A stretch of DNA of 64,000 nt from Euglena gracilis. Its lineage: Eukaryota. The stretch is taken from assembly GCA_039621445.1 (NCBI GenBank), contig CP154954.1:33519455-33583454 (forward strand), written 5' to 3'. Numbering within the stretch: position 1 is the first letter of the stretch; each line of letters starts with the position of its first letter. This document shows, one piece after another, positions 21,631 through 35,200 of this stretch. Position numbers and translations under genes: made by a program. The notes beneath the pieces were generated by a model. That model searched no databases. It saw only the letters and a list, made by a program, of their open reading frames with translations, and was not told the DNA's origin.

Positions 21631-23233
21631 TACCCCCCCCCCCCCTGTGGTTTGTGCTGACCTCCGGGGGGTCTGGGGTCAGCAGACCCCACCCTGTTGT
21701 TTGGGGGGGGGGGCATATTTTGAAAGGGGAGGACAACAGGTAGAGATCACTTGGCAAGGACCAATTAATTGCCATAGGCAGGTGGCCAAAGCAAAGAAGC
21801 CATCCAAAATCCAAAACAAACAAGAAAAGCCGGATTAACGTCATCTTTTCTGGGTCCTAATCCAACAAAAGACTCCAATTTTTGTGGGAAACTGTAAGGC
21901 ACCCTGCAGCAATCTACAAAAGCTACATCCCGACCTTGATACTTGGCACATATGGAAATCGCAATATCCAAGAGCTTTGTAACCCTGAGCAGTTGACTCT
22001 CGGGGGCTTGGCAGATGTGATGCTGCAAATTAAATTGCTGTGGGCATCCATGGTAAAGAAAGCGGACCTGAAATTAAAAAAAAAATAATCCTGGGACATT
22101 GAACTATACACAGGAATTACTTGTGAAATCGGCGTTCGTCGGCAAGCACAGGTTGAAATCAGGGGGAAATTGATTTCCACCATCCTTGGACCATCGCTCA
22201 TCCATCAAAAACAAATTTCGACTTCCCATTTTCGACCCCCATGTTGGACAGAGCTTTGAAGAGAACCCCAAAGATATCGAACGGACCACGAGCGGCTCAG
22301 TCTTGCCTCCAGCATTTCAGCTGCGACTCAGTCTCAGCATCGGCGAGGTTAGCGGCGCACAGTCGTGAAGGAGTAGCGAGTCACCTGTGGCACTCCATAT
22401 GAAAGTGACTGCATTGTATGCTATCATTAAGGAAGCATGGGATGCCTCCGCTTTCCAGGCCAAATCATCAAAGCTTTCAAATGCCAGTGGGGAACGCACA
22501 CCTCGCGTTTCTATTGCGGTCAACATCACATGCGCTGTGTGGCATCGCTCATGAAAACCCTCGGGTGCATGGCGACATGCTTGGAACAACCAGAGGCGAC
22601 GACGATTTGGAAGCATGCGAAAAGGAGGGGCCAAAGGCTCCTGGTCTGCGGTAGGTACAGTCCTGCCCAGCCAGACACTGCCCGGAGCGGCCAAGAAACA
22701 ACCGTCGCCGCCCTGCGCGAGTCATCCGAGAGGGAAAGGTGGGGGCATCTGCTCCTTTGCATCGGCTGAGGGTCACCGGTAAGGCACGGCAGTGTTCCAG
22801 GAATGTGCCGTTGACGCAGGTGTGAGTCAACGACACGGTGTGGCAACCTCAGAGCGCTGCAATTGAAAATGGCAGACAATGTCCCGGAAACGTGCCATTT
22901 ACACGAGATGTGGGTCAACAACACAACGGTGTGCAGATGGTTGTCCGCAATATTGAGCGGGGCCATTCCCCACCAAAATGAGCGAACCATCCCCAACATG
23001 CAAGATGTTCTGCGGGAAAATGTGGAGTAGGGAAATGGCTTGGCTCTTTGCCAGCTTCTGCCATAATGGTGAGGAAACGTGAAATGCGCATCAAATAATG
23101 AGAGGGAAAGAGGTGTCTGACCCCCCCCTCTGGTATTGCTAGGTACAAAGCAGCCCTGAAGGCACTCGTGGTGCTGTCTGCCGCCAGAGAAAAAAAATGC
23201 AAAAATCACAGAAAGGAGGAGATGCTTTGTGAC

Positions 23234-26200
23234 CTACGACGACCGAGGCTTGAGGTCAAGCAACAGGGTATCCGCATCCAGCATCACGCGGTTCTTGCCA
23301 TTGCTCAGAAGGATAGCGATGTCTCGGGCTGCTTCGATTTGTCGCAGCTGCATGAACCTGGAAAAATAAAAAATGAATAATGAAGCGATTTGATGCTCTT
23401 CTGTCAGGGCGGTCCTTGAGCAAAAAAAAATCTGTCCTAATACACTTCAGCTGAAAAATAAGGATTTTGGCTGGGAAATTTTTTGAAAAAAAAATTGCTT
23501 TGAAAAATGAACCCAAAATCTTAGGCGGCCTAACTTGCACTTAAGGTTTTGATTTTTAGCTTGCGCTTTGGCGCAAATTTTCAAACTTATTGAGACCCGG
23601 CGGTAGAACCCACCCTTTGGACCCTCTAGTTCCGCGGAGACCCTCTACGGTGGCGTGTGCATCATTTTCCGATGTTGGGACCTGGGGAACAGGCCCAATT
23701 TTGGTGTTTTTCAGCCTGTGCAGCATTTTAAAAAAGGTTCAAAACCCTGGGTTTGACCGCCGGGACACGTGAATTTCACCCAAAAAGTGCCAAAACCCCC
23801 ATTGCGAGTCCCTCGTTTTTGAAGCCTCTACTGTGCTCCCCTGATGGTGCTACACAGTCCGGGTGTAATTTGGCCCTTTTTGTTGCTTTTTTTTTGGGAT
23901 CTGCGATGCGTCCGTTAAGGGTTGCCTGCTGAGGCGTCCAGAGGGTGGACTCTGCATGCACGTGAAAAGTTGGGGAAAAAAATGGCATATCACAGAGTTG
24001 TGATCCCTGGGTGCTTGAAGTGCGAGGAACGGTACAGTGGGAACCGCCCAGGCGGGCGGTGTTGGGGGGATGGAGGGCAAGCCCATGGACCTGTCCCAAC
24101 GTCTGGTGAGCAACTTCAGGCCCCACACTGCCGGGCACAGAAGGCAAGGTAAAAAATTTGCGCTTAAGCGCAATTTAAAACAGAAGCCCCCTGAGCTTAT
24201 GGGAGTCCCTCTGATGTGTTATGGTGTGTTGGGGCCCCTCTCTGAACGGCCAGTGTGCGGACTTGGTGAGGAAATACCTTGCGCCGAAGCGCAAAGCATC
24301 ATGCAGAAAACGAGAAATGCAAACACACGGTTGACGTGTAATCTGAATGATCAAATAGTGCATTACGTAGGCATGTCCATTGCGCTTCGGCGCAATGTAT
24401 TTCCTCACCAAGTCCGCACACTGGCCGTTCAGAGAGGGCCCCCAACACACCGTAACACATCAGAGGGACTCCCATAAGCTCAGGGGGCTTCTGCTTTACC
24501 TTGCGCTTAAGCGCAGATTTTTAACTTGCGCTTAAGCGCAAATTAAAAATTTGCGCTTAAGCGCAGTGTCCTTTCAAAAAGCAGATGCATTTGAATGTGT
24601 TCGTGCTGTGTGAGAAGGTGGGCGATAGAGGAGAATGATGAGGGGGGTTTGAACGCTGCTGTGCCAGAAGCTCGGTTGGTGCTTTTCAACTATTCAGGCA
24701 CTGGGGAGGGAGTGGCTGTTCCAATAAGACAAATCGTGGGCGGTGGGCTGTGGAGCCTTAGTGACCTTGCACTCGGTGCACAAAGTAGGGTTTTTGGGAT
24801 GTTGACAGAAAGACACGTTTTGGCTGAACCATGTCCTCCATCTGCCCGGTGTGATGTGGCTGTCTGGTGGGTTGCAATTACCAAAAAAAAAAGTGTGTCA
24901 ACATGTCTTCCCTTCTCCGCCGTTGTTAATGGACCATTTCGATTTCTCAATCCATTCGCCCATCCCCAAAGTTGTGTGCTTCAAATCCTGGGTGAGGAAA
25001 AGGGGGTGACGAGCTTCTTTAAAGCACCTTTTCGGCGTGCAAAAAATGTTTCCTCGGCTGTGACTCCCAGGGTTCATCTGGTGCCTGTTATTTTCCAAAC
25101 AGGTATTCTCCGACTTTCAAAAGTCGGCGAAAAAGAAGGGCCCCTCAGGCATGCTTACAGTGCGGCTAAAAATTACAGAAGACAGAAATTTTGGCAAAAT
25201 ATCCAAATTTTGCCATAATTTTTTTTCTCGTAATTTTCTCTCTCCGTCGGTTTCCGACGCCCTCTTGGGAAGCCACAAGCACAATGCTGGGACGGCCATG
25301 CTTTGACTCCTCAGAGTCAGTGACACACTGTGTCTTCGTGGCCAGCAAAACAACTCTCACACACAAACTCGTCACAGCGAACGCATTTACGGGCTGTTTG
25401 TGTGCGACATTCACAAGGATGTGTGGACTCAGCACGAAGGGACGCTTTGAGGCGGGGCGGTTCTGCAAATAAAAAAAAAACTCCACTGTCACAGCACATT
25501 CAATGAAAAATCCATAGAGAAAAATGACCTCTTTCGTCGCCCATCCACCCACTAAACCTCGAGCGATTGCAGCCACTGGGGGACAGAAAAATACGTTGAA
25601 CACGCAACCAGGAGAAAAATGTCGCTCACCTGTGCTGGAGGTCAATCCTTCATGGGGACCAGACACCTCAGCCATTTCGGAATCTGTCAGAATGCGCTTG
25701 TGGCCACGTTTTTCACACTCGTAATATGAACCATTGTCCTTCCAAATTTCCCTCTGCTGATTAAAAGAAGGAATTTTTAGTTTTCCTTTTTCTCCTCGTT
25801 AGCCATGAATTCACATGCCGTCCCATGTGTTGTGTTGGTTGGATGAGGTTGCACCTTCCAAGGCAAAACCTCATGTTTGGACAGACGGTTACACAAAAAT
25901 TATCACAGATTGGGCATGCCAACATGGGATTCGAGGAGCTATTGATCGCCACGCCAAGAGTGAGTTCAAAGAGGTTGTCCTTCCTTGGAGTACAGTTAAT
26001 CGCTGGTTGAAGGGAAGAAAGAAATTTTTCTGGAAAAAAATCAGATTTTGCCAAAATTAATTTTTCAAAAATAAAAATTTTGCCAAAAATTTTTTTCTCG
26101 TAATTTTTTTTGCCGTAATTTTTGTCTTCCGTAATTTTTAGCCACACTGTAACTACGAGGTAAGTGGGAGGAATCTCTGGCACTGGAAGTTGGGCTCACA

Positions 26201-29200
26201 ACGTACAGGACAAGACACGTCTGGATATCAAGTAGTTGGTGGTTGCTTTCACACACCAGGGGGTTGGCTTCCTGTCCCAGGCAAGGTTTCCCTCCACCTG
26301 AGCTCTGTCCGCTCTGGTGATGAGATGCTCCCAGGACTGCTTTCTCTACTGGCAGTGATAAAAATAGAAAATAAAAATTGATGGCTGTTGCGCCATAGCG
26401 CAATGGGTAGGCTTTTGCAAAATGAAAATTTAAGAGTTATATTGCGCCAAAGCGCAATAGAAATATATTTTTAAAATTGTAAAAGCAACGTGGCTCTTGC
26501 GCCGACGCGCAATGTTGACCAATTTTAAGGCAACGTGACTGAGAGTAGGCTGCCATCCACCTGCACTACATTTTTCTGCTCTATCCCCTCTGGTGTTCTT
26601 ACTCCACCAGGGCCGTTTTCTCCCTGCGTTGTGAGATAAGTTTTAACCAGTTATATTGCGCTTCGGCCATGTTGTTTTTGCAATTTTAAAAATTGTATTT
26701 CTGCTTGCGCTTTGGCGCAATATACCTATTAAATTTCCATTCTTCATGAGCCTACCCATTTCGCTTTGGCGCAATGGAAACACACGTTTACACATATATT
26801 GTTATCATTGTGCAAGTGTGGCAATGGTCACCCACATGTTGAAATACAAAAAGTAAAAAATTGCGCCAAAGCGCAAATGGTTTTATTTTTTTGTAATGAA
26901 AAAAAATTGCGCCAAAGCGCAAATGCACAATGGAGTCCCCTTGTTTCATCACCCGGCGCTTTGTGTTCATGCACACTGGGCCCCGGGAACGCTGTGACAG
27001 TAGACCGTGGAGTTCCAAGTCGTTGCTTTCGTCCCCAGGCCCTGGGGTGCAGGGAGACACTATCTTCAGACTGTCCTGAGTCTCAGGCCACGGTGTTTGA
27101 AAACAGACTTTTTTTAGATTTGCGCGTCGGCGCAAATTTACAGTCCCTTTCAAAGCTAAGTGCGAGTTAGGCCACCTAAGAAAATACATCATTTTTGATG
27201 GAAAACAACATTTCCCCCAAAAAAATCTCCAAAATTTTCGGGTTGAAAATTGTTAGTTATCAGGAGGGGGATCAAAAAAATGCAGGTCAAAAAAATGGGA
27301 CCAAATTTTGGAGCATTCGAATTTTACTGAGAGTTTTTCTCTTTGGAAACTTTTTGGATTTTCAATGGCATTTTTTTTGCTTCAAAAACCTCTCAAAATC
27401 AAAATATGAGAAATGTTGAAATTTTAGAAGATGTGAAAAAAATGGGGTTTGGGGGGGTTTTAGGGGACCCCCTATACGGGTCCCAAAATAGGTCAAAGTT
27501 TTGTTGCAACCTTGCACAACATTTTTGGTAATTTTTTTGGAGTCAAATTTGAACCCCGTAAAATTGTTCTCAAAATTTCAAAGTTTCAAAGTCAAAAATT
27601 TTAAGTTGAACTTCCTTGAATTGAATTAATTGCTACCCACATGCTATAACGAGAGTAAGTGTTGGCCAGTTTTAACCGTATATGCAATGTGTGCAACTCA
27701 CCAACATATAACATTTACTTCTCTTGAGGGTTTGATGTTTTCAATGAATGCAGTGTAATTTCCTATTCAGATTGTTCAGTGGTATTCTTCTTCTGATATA
27801 ACCCCCCCAAATACAAAAACCCCCGGTTTTGTATTTGGGCGGAAATTTCACGACCCCCGTGGGGGTTTTATATTTGGGGGGGGGGGTATATTTTTTTTTC
27901 GGTCGGAAAAATCAACTTTTTGGCAGGACCAGCAGTCACTTTTTCGGTCCAAAATCACAAATATGTCCACCCTTGGGGGTCCAAAAATTTCACTTTTCGG
28001 GCGAAGGAGCAATTTTCACACTTTTGGGTAAAAACTGCTCCCAAATCTGCCAAAAATCACAATTTCAGGAGAGATTTTGTCATTTTTTTTCCTTCCGGCG
28101 CTTTGCGCCTGAGGTGGGGTTTTATATTCGGGCGGGGTTTCAAGGTCCTCAGGGGGTTTTAATATTTGGGCGAGGTTTTGCATTTGGGGGGGGGTTATAT
28201 TTGGGGGGGGTTAGTGATCTGTTCAAAAATTATTTCGTTGGGGTTGAGGAAGCGGAAAACCGCTTCTTTGCATTCTCCTGTTTTTTTTTTCACGCGGTTT
28301 CCCCCATCATCTCCAAATGACCCAGTACTTCAATCGCAGACAGAGGACCAAAAAGGTCTGTATATTCTTCCTCTTCCGTTTACAGAGCGTCAGAATTTTT
28401 GGGCAATTTACACAATGTGCAAGGGAGGGGGTTGGTCAATGACTAAGTGATTGTTTGGGCTGGTTGCCAACTTCCAGGGGAAGAGGGGAGAGGTATGTAA
28501 TGGTCTTTTCGGGGCAGGCCACGGCAGAATGGGAAGTCCTGGTGGAGGGGTGGACCCCCCAACCGGGAGGTGGGGGGGGTCGACCCTGCTTTTGAAAAAT
28601 GAACCCAAAATACATGATTTTGTGATGGAAAACCGCAAAGCAGAGAACACCAAGAGGCCATCAACAAGGCATCAAGAGGCAATCAACAGCAATGGGCCCA
28701 GCCAGGTGCTCAGGATCTTTTGCCCCGTCGTCAGGATCCGGTGGGATCCGGTGGGATCCGGTGGGATCCGGTGGGATCCGGTGGGATCCGGTGGGGTCCG
28801 GTGGGGTCCGGTGGCTGTCTGATGATAACAGCGACAGGGGGGGGAAGGAACACTAGGGGTCCATGAATGACTTTGTCCCTGCAAAATTAGTGGACCACCT
28901 TTTCTGGAACCCTGCAAAATTATTATTGATTTGCCACTTTTTCTTCAAGCAATTTGACATCAAACAGTGCTGTGATGAATTTAATTAATTTAATACTCCT
29001 CTTCACTGGAGAGCAAAATATTGTGGCGTTTCTTTGCACTTTTTGCCTCCTTCTTTTCCAGAAAGATGCATCGCTTTTCACTTTTGTTTCTTGATGAGGG
29101 CAAAGTTATTTGGACAAATCTTTTTTTGGCATTCCCCTCGGCAAATTGATTTGGGCACGCAAAGCTCTTGGGCTCTGCTAAAAGGCGGGGTTTGGGGGGT

Positions 29201-32200
29201 TGCAGGGAAAGAACCAAAAATTTAACTTCCTTTTTTTGTGGGGTGGGGGTGCGCTGGGGGGTGGGTGCGAAGAAACAAAAGCTTTGTTTATTTTCTTTTT
29301 TTTGCGGGGTGTGGGGGTGAATATGAAAATAAATTCCTCCATTTTGGGCATTAATGTGGGAGAGTGGGGGGAGTGGGGGGGTGAGGGTCAACCGTTCAAA
29401 CCATTTTCTTTTTGTTTCATAGACATAGCCTGCGTACAAAATTGGTCACTTACGAGGAGGATCCGCGGAGGGTCAGGAACCAGCCTCCGGAGAGGCTCAG
29501 GTACCAAGCTCCGCGGAGGCTCAGGAAACCAAAAGTCAGGATTCCAAATTTTCTGGGGGGGGTTCTCCCCTCCCCAGTAGAACGATCGGCTTAAATTGAA
29601 AAAACCACCGACGTATTCTGAATGGCAAACCATCCACAAATGGAAATCCTTTTAACTCCTTTCCAGGAAAGGGCTTGCCATTAGATCAAACAAATTGGGA
29701 CGTTGAATGTTTCCAGGTTTGCATTTTTGGGTGGGGCTTCAATTTCGCCCCTGCATCGAAACAGCCACCTAAATTTTCCACCTCAAAAATAATAATTTTC
29801 GAACAATCAAAATTGGCAATCAATTGCCAGTTTTTTGATGTGTTTTAAAAATGCATGAACTTTTTTTTGCCAAAATAGAATTGGTTGACGTAAATGTGAG
29901 TGTCAATCTGCAGACTTTAGATGGCAAAAAAGCAATACCTTTCGTGTCCTTTTGCATGCACATCTGGAGACCAGATCTGGGAGACCCCAGATCTAAACAC
30001 CTCCTCCAAGTTTAACAAGATTTTACAATGACTTATGACAGCCTTTATTTGCAAAAGGGTCCCATTTTTAACAAAAGGAAGCGTGGGTTTCTTGTCTTCC
30101 CCCTGAAAATGCCCAAAAATGTGTTTCGCCATGTTCACCTTCGGAGCAGGCACAGGAGGGCATGGGAGGAGTGGTCGCATTAAGAAAAATTCCTTCAGCA
30201 CCGAAGCAAAATTATTTAAAAATCCTGACACATATGAAAAAAAAAACCGGAAAAAGTGGGTTGGGATGATGGAGGTGGGGGTGGTCGTCCGCCCCCCACC
30301 CATCACATATAAAGTTTCCAGGCCCAAAGCAGAAGTGCCTTCAGTCCCTGGATCGCTTTACAGTGGGACCCCGCCAGAAATCAAAAAAAAAGCTGCCTTT
30401 CATATTTACCACTCGTAGTAGATGTCAGGTCTCGGTGTGGGGTGAGGAAAATTGTACCTTTGCAGCTGACACTGGGAATGTTCAATTGCAAGTGAATGAG
30501 AAACATGCCTATGGGGGAACCTCAGCAATCAAAAGGAAGAGTTAAAACATATGCCTGTTGGAAGTGAGGCATCCATTGAGTGGACGAGGCATGCCACACA
30601 CTACACACCCCGGGTTCTTCTTGACGGCATCTCCGATCAGCCTAGCTGATTCTGCCTCACCCTCTGCAAGGACAATTGGATGCAGGGTGCTGTCACTGAT
30701 ACAGCATGACAAATACAGGTGCATTTCTCAAAGGACTTCCTCAAGCAAAAAAAAAAACCCGCCCCGCACATTCAGTCAAAACCCCACAGGAACAATGACC
30801 GAGAATATCCACATTTTGGTAAAAACAGATCGACTTCGGGGGGGGGGAGATGATTTCTGGCAATATTGGACCATATCCCATCCACCCAAAACGTCAAAAT
30901 GTGGGTTTTTTGGCCTTATATTTTTTCTAATTTTGACCCCGTTCAATCCCCAAATCGGCTGTTTTTTTTGCCCCTTACACCTGAGGGTGGTCCTGAAGGT
31001 CCTCAACGTAACACAAGGTGCCTGTCCCCCCAAAGACCACCTGAACCTGCAAACTTTCTTCGCCCAAAGACCCAAAAGAAATCAACGAAACCCGGAAGTA
31101 GCCTTCATCTCATATCGAACTTTCAGCCATCCCCCAGAGCCCAGCCCCCCCCCCCCCCGCCAAACTGCCCCGACCCGACCGGACCCTGCCTTTGCTGCGC
31201 TTCTCCTGCACTGCCTGCTCCACCTGGAAGCGAGCCCGCTCCGCCTGCTGCTGCGCCACCTGCTTGGCCTCCACAGCGGAGGAGTACTCGCGCCCAAAGG
31301 TGAGGTGCACGATGGCCACGTCCTGCAGGAGGGGGCGGAAAAAGGGGACATGATGTGCCTGCGAAGAGCCCAACCTACTCCACACTTGCTCCTGGCACTA
31401 CCCGGGACTCAAAGAAGCACCTGAAAAACCTGCTTGGAAACAAAAAAAGCAATACTTCCAAACCTCTTACAAAAACTGAACAGATGTGCGAACTATGAAA
31501 AATAAATGCAGGCTGTATGAGGGCTTTGCACATTTATTGGACGTCACGCAGCTTCCAGCAAGGGGGGCTCTATAATTTTGGTTCCGGCTTATGTCATAGA
31601 CGTCATTGCATCTTGTTCTTCATCCCTCACCTCTTAAATCCCACATGAATCAGGCATTTGTGGGGAGGGGGAAAGTCAAAAAAATGCCTTCTTAGCCAAA
31701 AATACTTCCTTCCTTTGGGAAATTATGCAATAGCTTGCCGCAACTCCGTTGAAAGGCTTCCCATCCTTCTGTTTGGGTGGACTGGGGAGGAGTGCTTGTG
31801 TGGTGAATGCTTTTTGTTCAAGATGGGGTGCTCCTGTTTGAACACTGCTCCTGTAGAGGCCCTGTCTTATTAGCTGGGATTAAACCAATTCGACATGGCA
31901 CTACTTTAAATGCCTGCAGCTATTTCCTGTTGATTTCTAACAAACAATTGGCCAAAAGGTAAAGCACACACCTCCACCATCACGTTGAACTGCTTGCAGC
32001 GGTTCACGAGATGCGTACTGATCTCAGCACTGACATCCTGCCGGCGCGTCAGCAACTCCGAAACATTGTACTGTGCCAGGACAGACTTCATGACCTCGTT
32101 TCCTGTGAAGCCATAACACGCAATCCGAAACATCATCATATAGCCTGTGGGAAACTCTCAGAGACAAACCACTGGTGAAACTGAATTGAAACATATCATG

Positions 32201-35200
32201 GAAGGTGCTGGATGGTTGCAGTGGGGCGCGGCTGTGCTCGAAAGCCTGGTGTGGGGGGGGGTCTGACCCCCCACCCAGGAGGTGGGAAGGAGTGGGTCAA
32301 CCCCCCCCCACCACGCACTGCCCAAGGAAAACTTTGAATTAAACACCGGCACCCCTCGAAATACGGGAAGGCCTGCTGGGGGGGCAGCCCGCCCATAGAA
32401 TTTTGGGGATTCTTGTACAACCCTGGGCTGGGGGCAGGGTATTAAGTGAGAGAAGGGGGAAGGGGGGGTCCCGGACCCCCCTCCCCGGGCAGCGGGGTGG
32501 TCCAGCACCCCCGTCCCCCCCCCAAAGATAAAACCCCCCTGAGGACCTTGAAACCCCGCCCGAATATAAAACCCCCCCTCTGGCGCGACCGGAAAGTCGA
32601 CAAAATCTCTCCTGAAATTGCGATTTTTGGCAGATTTGGGTGCAATTTTTACCAAAAACGTTTGAAAATTGCTCCTTCGACCAAAAAGGGAAAATTTTTG
32701 ACCCCCCAGGTGGACATATTTGTGATTTTGGACCGAAAAAGTGACTACTGTGTCCCGCCAAAAAGTTGATTTATCCGATTGAATATAAACCCCCCCAAAT
32801 ATAAAACCCCCTGTGGGGTCTTGAAATTTCCGCCCAAATATAAAACCGGGGGCTTTATATTTGGGGGGGGGGTTAATTTTTTCTCCGGGGAAGAAAAAAA
32901 TTTGGTTGTATGGGGGGTCCCCAGACCCCACCCCCTCTAGGGAGGGGGTTGGCCCCCCCTCCATATAAACCCCCCCCCAAATAACACACCCCCCCGGTGT
33001 GTTATTTGGGCACCCGAACTGGGGCCCCAGGGGGGGGTGTGTTATTTGGGGGGGGGGTGTTATTTTTACATGGAAAACCAAAGGAAAACAGGGGGGGGGG
33101 TGTTATTTGGGCGCTCGAAATCGGTACCCGAGGGGGGGTGTGTTATTTGGGGGGGGGGGGGGTTATTTGGGGGGGGGTGTTATTTGGGGGGGGGGGGGGT
33201 TATTTGGGGGGGTGTGTTATTTGGGGGGGGGGTTTACAAAGCCAACGCTCACTTAATGCCCTGGCTGGGGGGGGGGAAGCTGGCTGCCAAGCTGGATCAG
33301 GCTAGCTGAAACTCCCCAAAAACCACAAATTCAGTTGTGAAACAATCCAGCAGCCATAGCTATGTTTGGGCACACCTCAAGGTAAACCCAGAGAATTTTG
33401 GGAATTTTTGGTGACATCTGGCTGCAGTGAGCTGGACCCAAATTGCGACTGGGAGTTGAGTGAGACTGGTTGGAGATCAGTGGTGGATTGGGGTTGAGTC
33501 CATTTTGGCCACCCTTGTCCAGAGTCTAAAAAGGTATTACCAAACGAGTTCTAGGAACTTTTGCAGTGAGGTTAAAGCGTAGACAAAAATTACAGTGCCA
33601 AAACATATGATAAAAGGCATTATGGTTAAAAAAAAACAATTTCATTCATTTTGGTGAAACGGTGTTTTTTTGAAAAATAGAATGGTAAAATTCAATATCC
33701 AACCAGTTTTAGCTCTGTTCTGCTATGTGTCAAGATGTTTTGTCCTTTCTTTTCATTGAAGAGTCAAATTAGGCAACTTTGCCTAAAAAAATGCCTGAGA
33801 AGTCAATATTTGTTGCCATGCATGCATTTTCTGTCGTTTTGGGGCAATTTTTAGACCATTTTCCAGTTACTGTTAATCACTTTGTCTGGGGCTTCGTGGA
33901 AGAGGGGTGTGAGAGCTGACACCGATCAAAAAGCACAATAAAAACAACCTGAATATTTGTCCACCCTGTAAACAGAAGAACTGGGCAAAGGAATCAACAA
34001 CAAAAAAACACACATTGAATCACCTGGTGAAGCAAGAAAGAATTATTATAAATCCTCTCTCAAAAAGCTTACCATCCTCAAATGTAAAGCCCCCCAGGGG
34101 GTTTAAGGGGTTTGGTTCGACGCCTAAATACCAGGCTTTTGCTTAAGGACCCCCCAGGGGGGGTACTGGCTAGCCAATCGGCTAGACACTGGAAAAAGTG
34201 GACTAGCTAGACCCCCCTCCCCCCGGGGGGTCCGGGCTCCCCTGGACTTGAAAATGAGGTTTTTAACAGGTTTTTGGCTGATTTTGCTCCAAAAATTCCC
34301 AAAAATGGCCAAAAACGGGCATTTTTGGCCATTTTTGGGGGTCCCAAAAAAATTTTTGGCGCTTCGCGCCGGTCACTGGAAAAAAATTTTCCACTAGCTA
34401 GCCCTGCTAGCAGACCCCCCGGGGGGGGGGGGTCTGCTAGAAAACCCACTAGCCAAATTTGGACTAGCTGCAGTCCAGCCCCCCCAGGGGGGGTACTGCA
34501 ATCCCTTCAAAAGCCTGCTAAATACCAGGTTTTGTGTAGAGCTCTTTACTTGCCTAATGGTGGCATGGAGCAGCAGATGCTTGGGAGACATGGTTGCCCG
34601 GCGGCCCGGCGGCCTGGCGCAGCGTTCAGTTGCAGGGGAATCAAAATAACATTACAAATGGCTTTTTAAAGAATTGGCCAGATATATATTTTGAAGGTTT
34701 CCAATTTTGTAACCCAAAAAAAGATCAAAACGGGGCAAGGTGCGATCCCCACCCCCTGCATATAGGCCGCCTGGACCAGCTAGGCGTCTGGCCACAAACA
34801 TATGCCATTTTGGGGTCAAAAAATCGAACATTTCAAAATATCTTAAAATGGTGGAGACCCAAAGAAATAACTGGGGCCTTCCATCACCCTGTACAGGCTC
34901 CAGGACCAAAATATTCAATGCAAAAATGCAAAAAAGCGTAGAAAAAAGTGCAAAGCAATGCAAAAAATTCAATTTGCATGTAAATTCCTTCAGGAGCTCG
35001 GCGGGGTTGTACACTTTTCTGCTAGAGGACTTTTTTCCATCTCACTTTTCACCTCCTCGGGGGAAAATTTGTCACTTTGCAACAGCATTTTCCTATGCAA
35101 CACAGTGCATATTCTGGACAATTATTTGCGCTTTTCTAACCCATAAAAACATCAGCAAAACAATGTCTTGCAAATTTTTTCAAAAATGCCAAAAAAACAC

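Larger units (their letters stand above)
23520..27180. mobile_element. ~3.7-kb non-autonomous DNA transposon with ~30-bp TIRs and many TTGCGC-N4-GCGCAA palindromes
   Basis: CTTAGGCGGCCTAACTTGCACTTA at the left end versus TAAGTGCGAGTTAGGCCACCTAAG at the right end. About 13 copies of the palindrome lie inside. Confidence 0.7.

Noticed and set aside
21765-23209. Coding region or RT remnant (e.g. RDVAFVD) downstream of PHB2
   Set aside because: No second RT motif or coherent frame was found; this is more likely PHB2 3' UTR and intergenic DNA.
32158-33309. Gly-rich ORFs (307 aa and neighbours)
   Set aside because: These are translations of G-tract repeats and a MITE within PHB2 intron 3.
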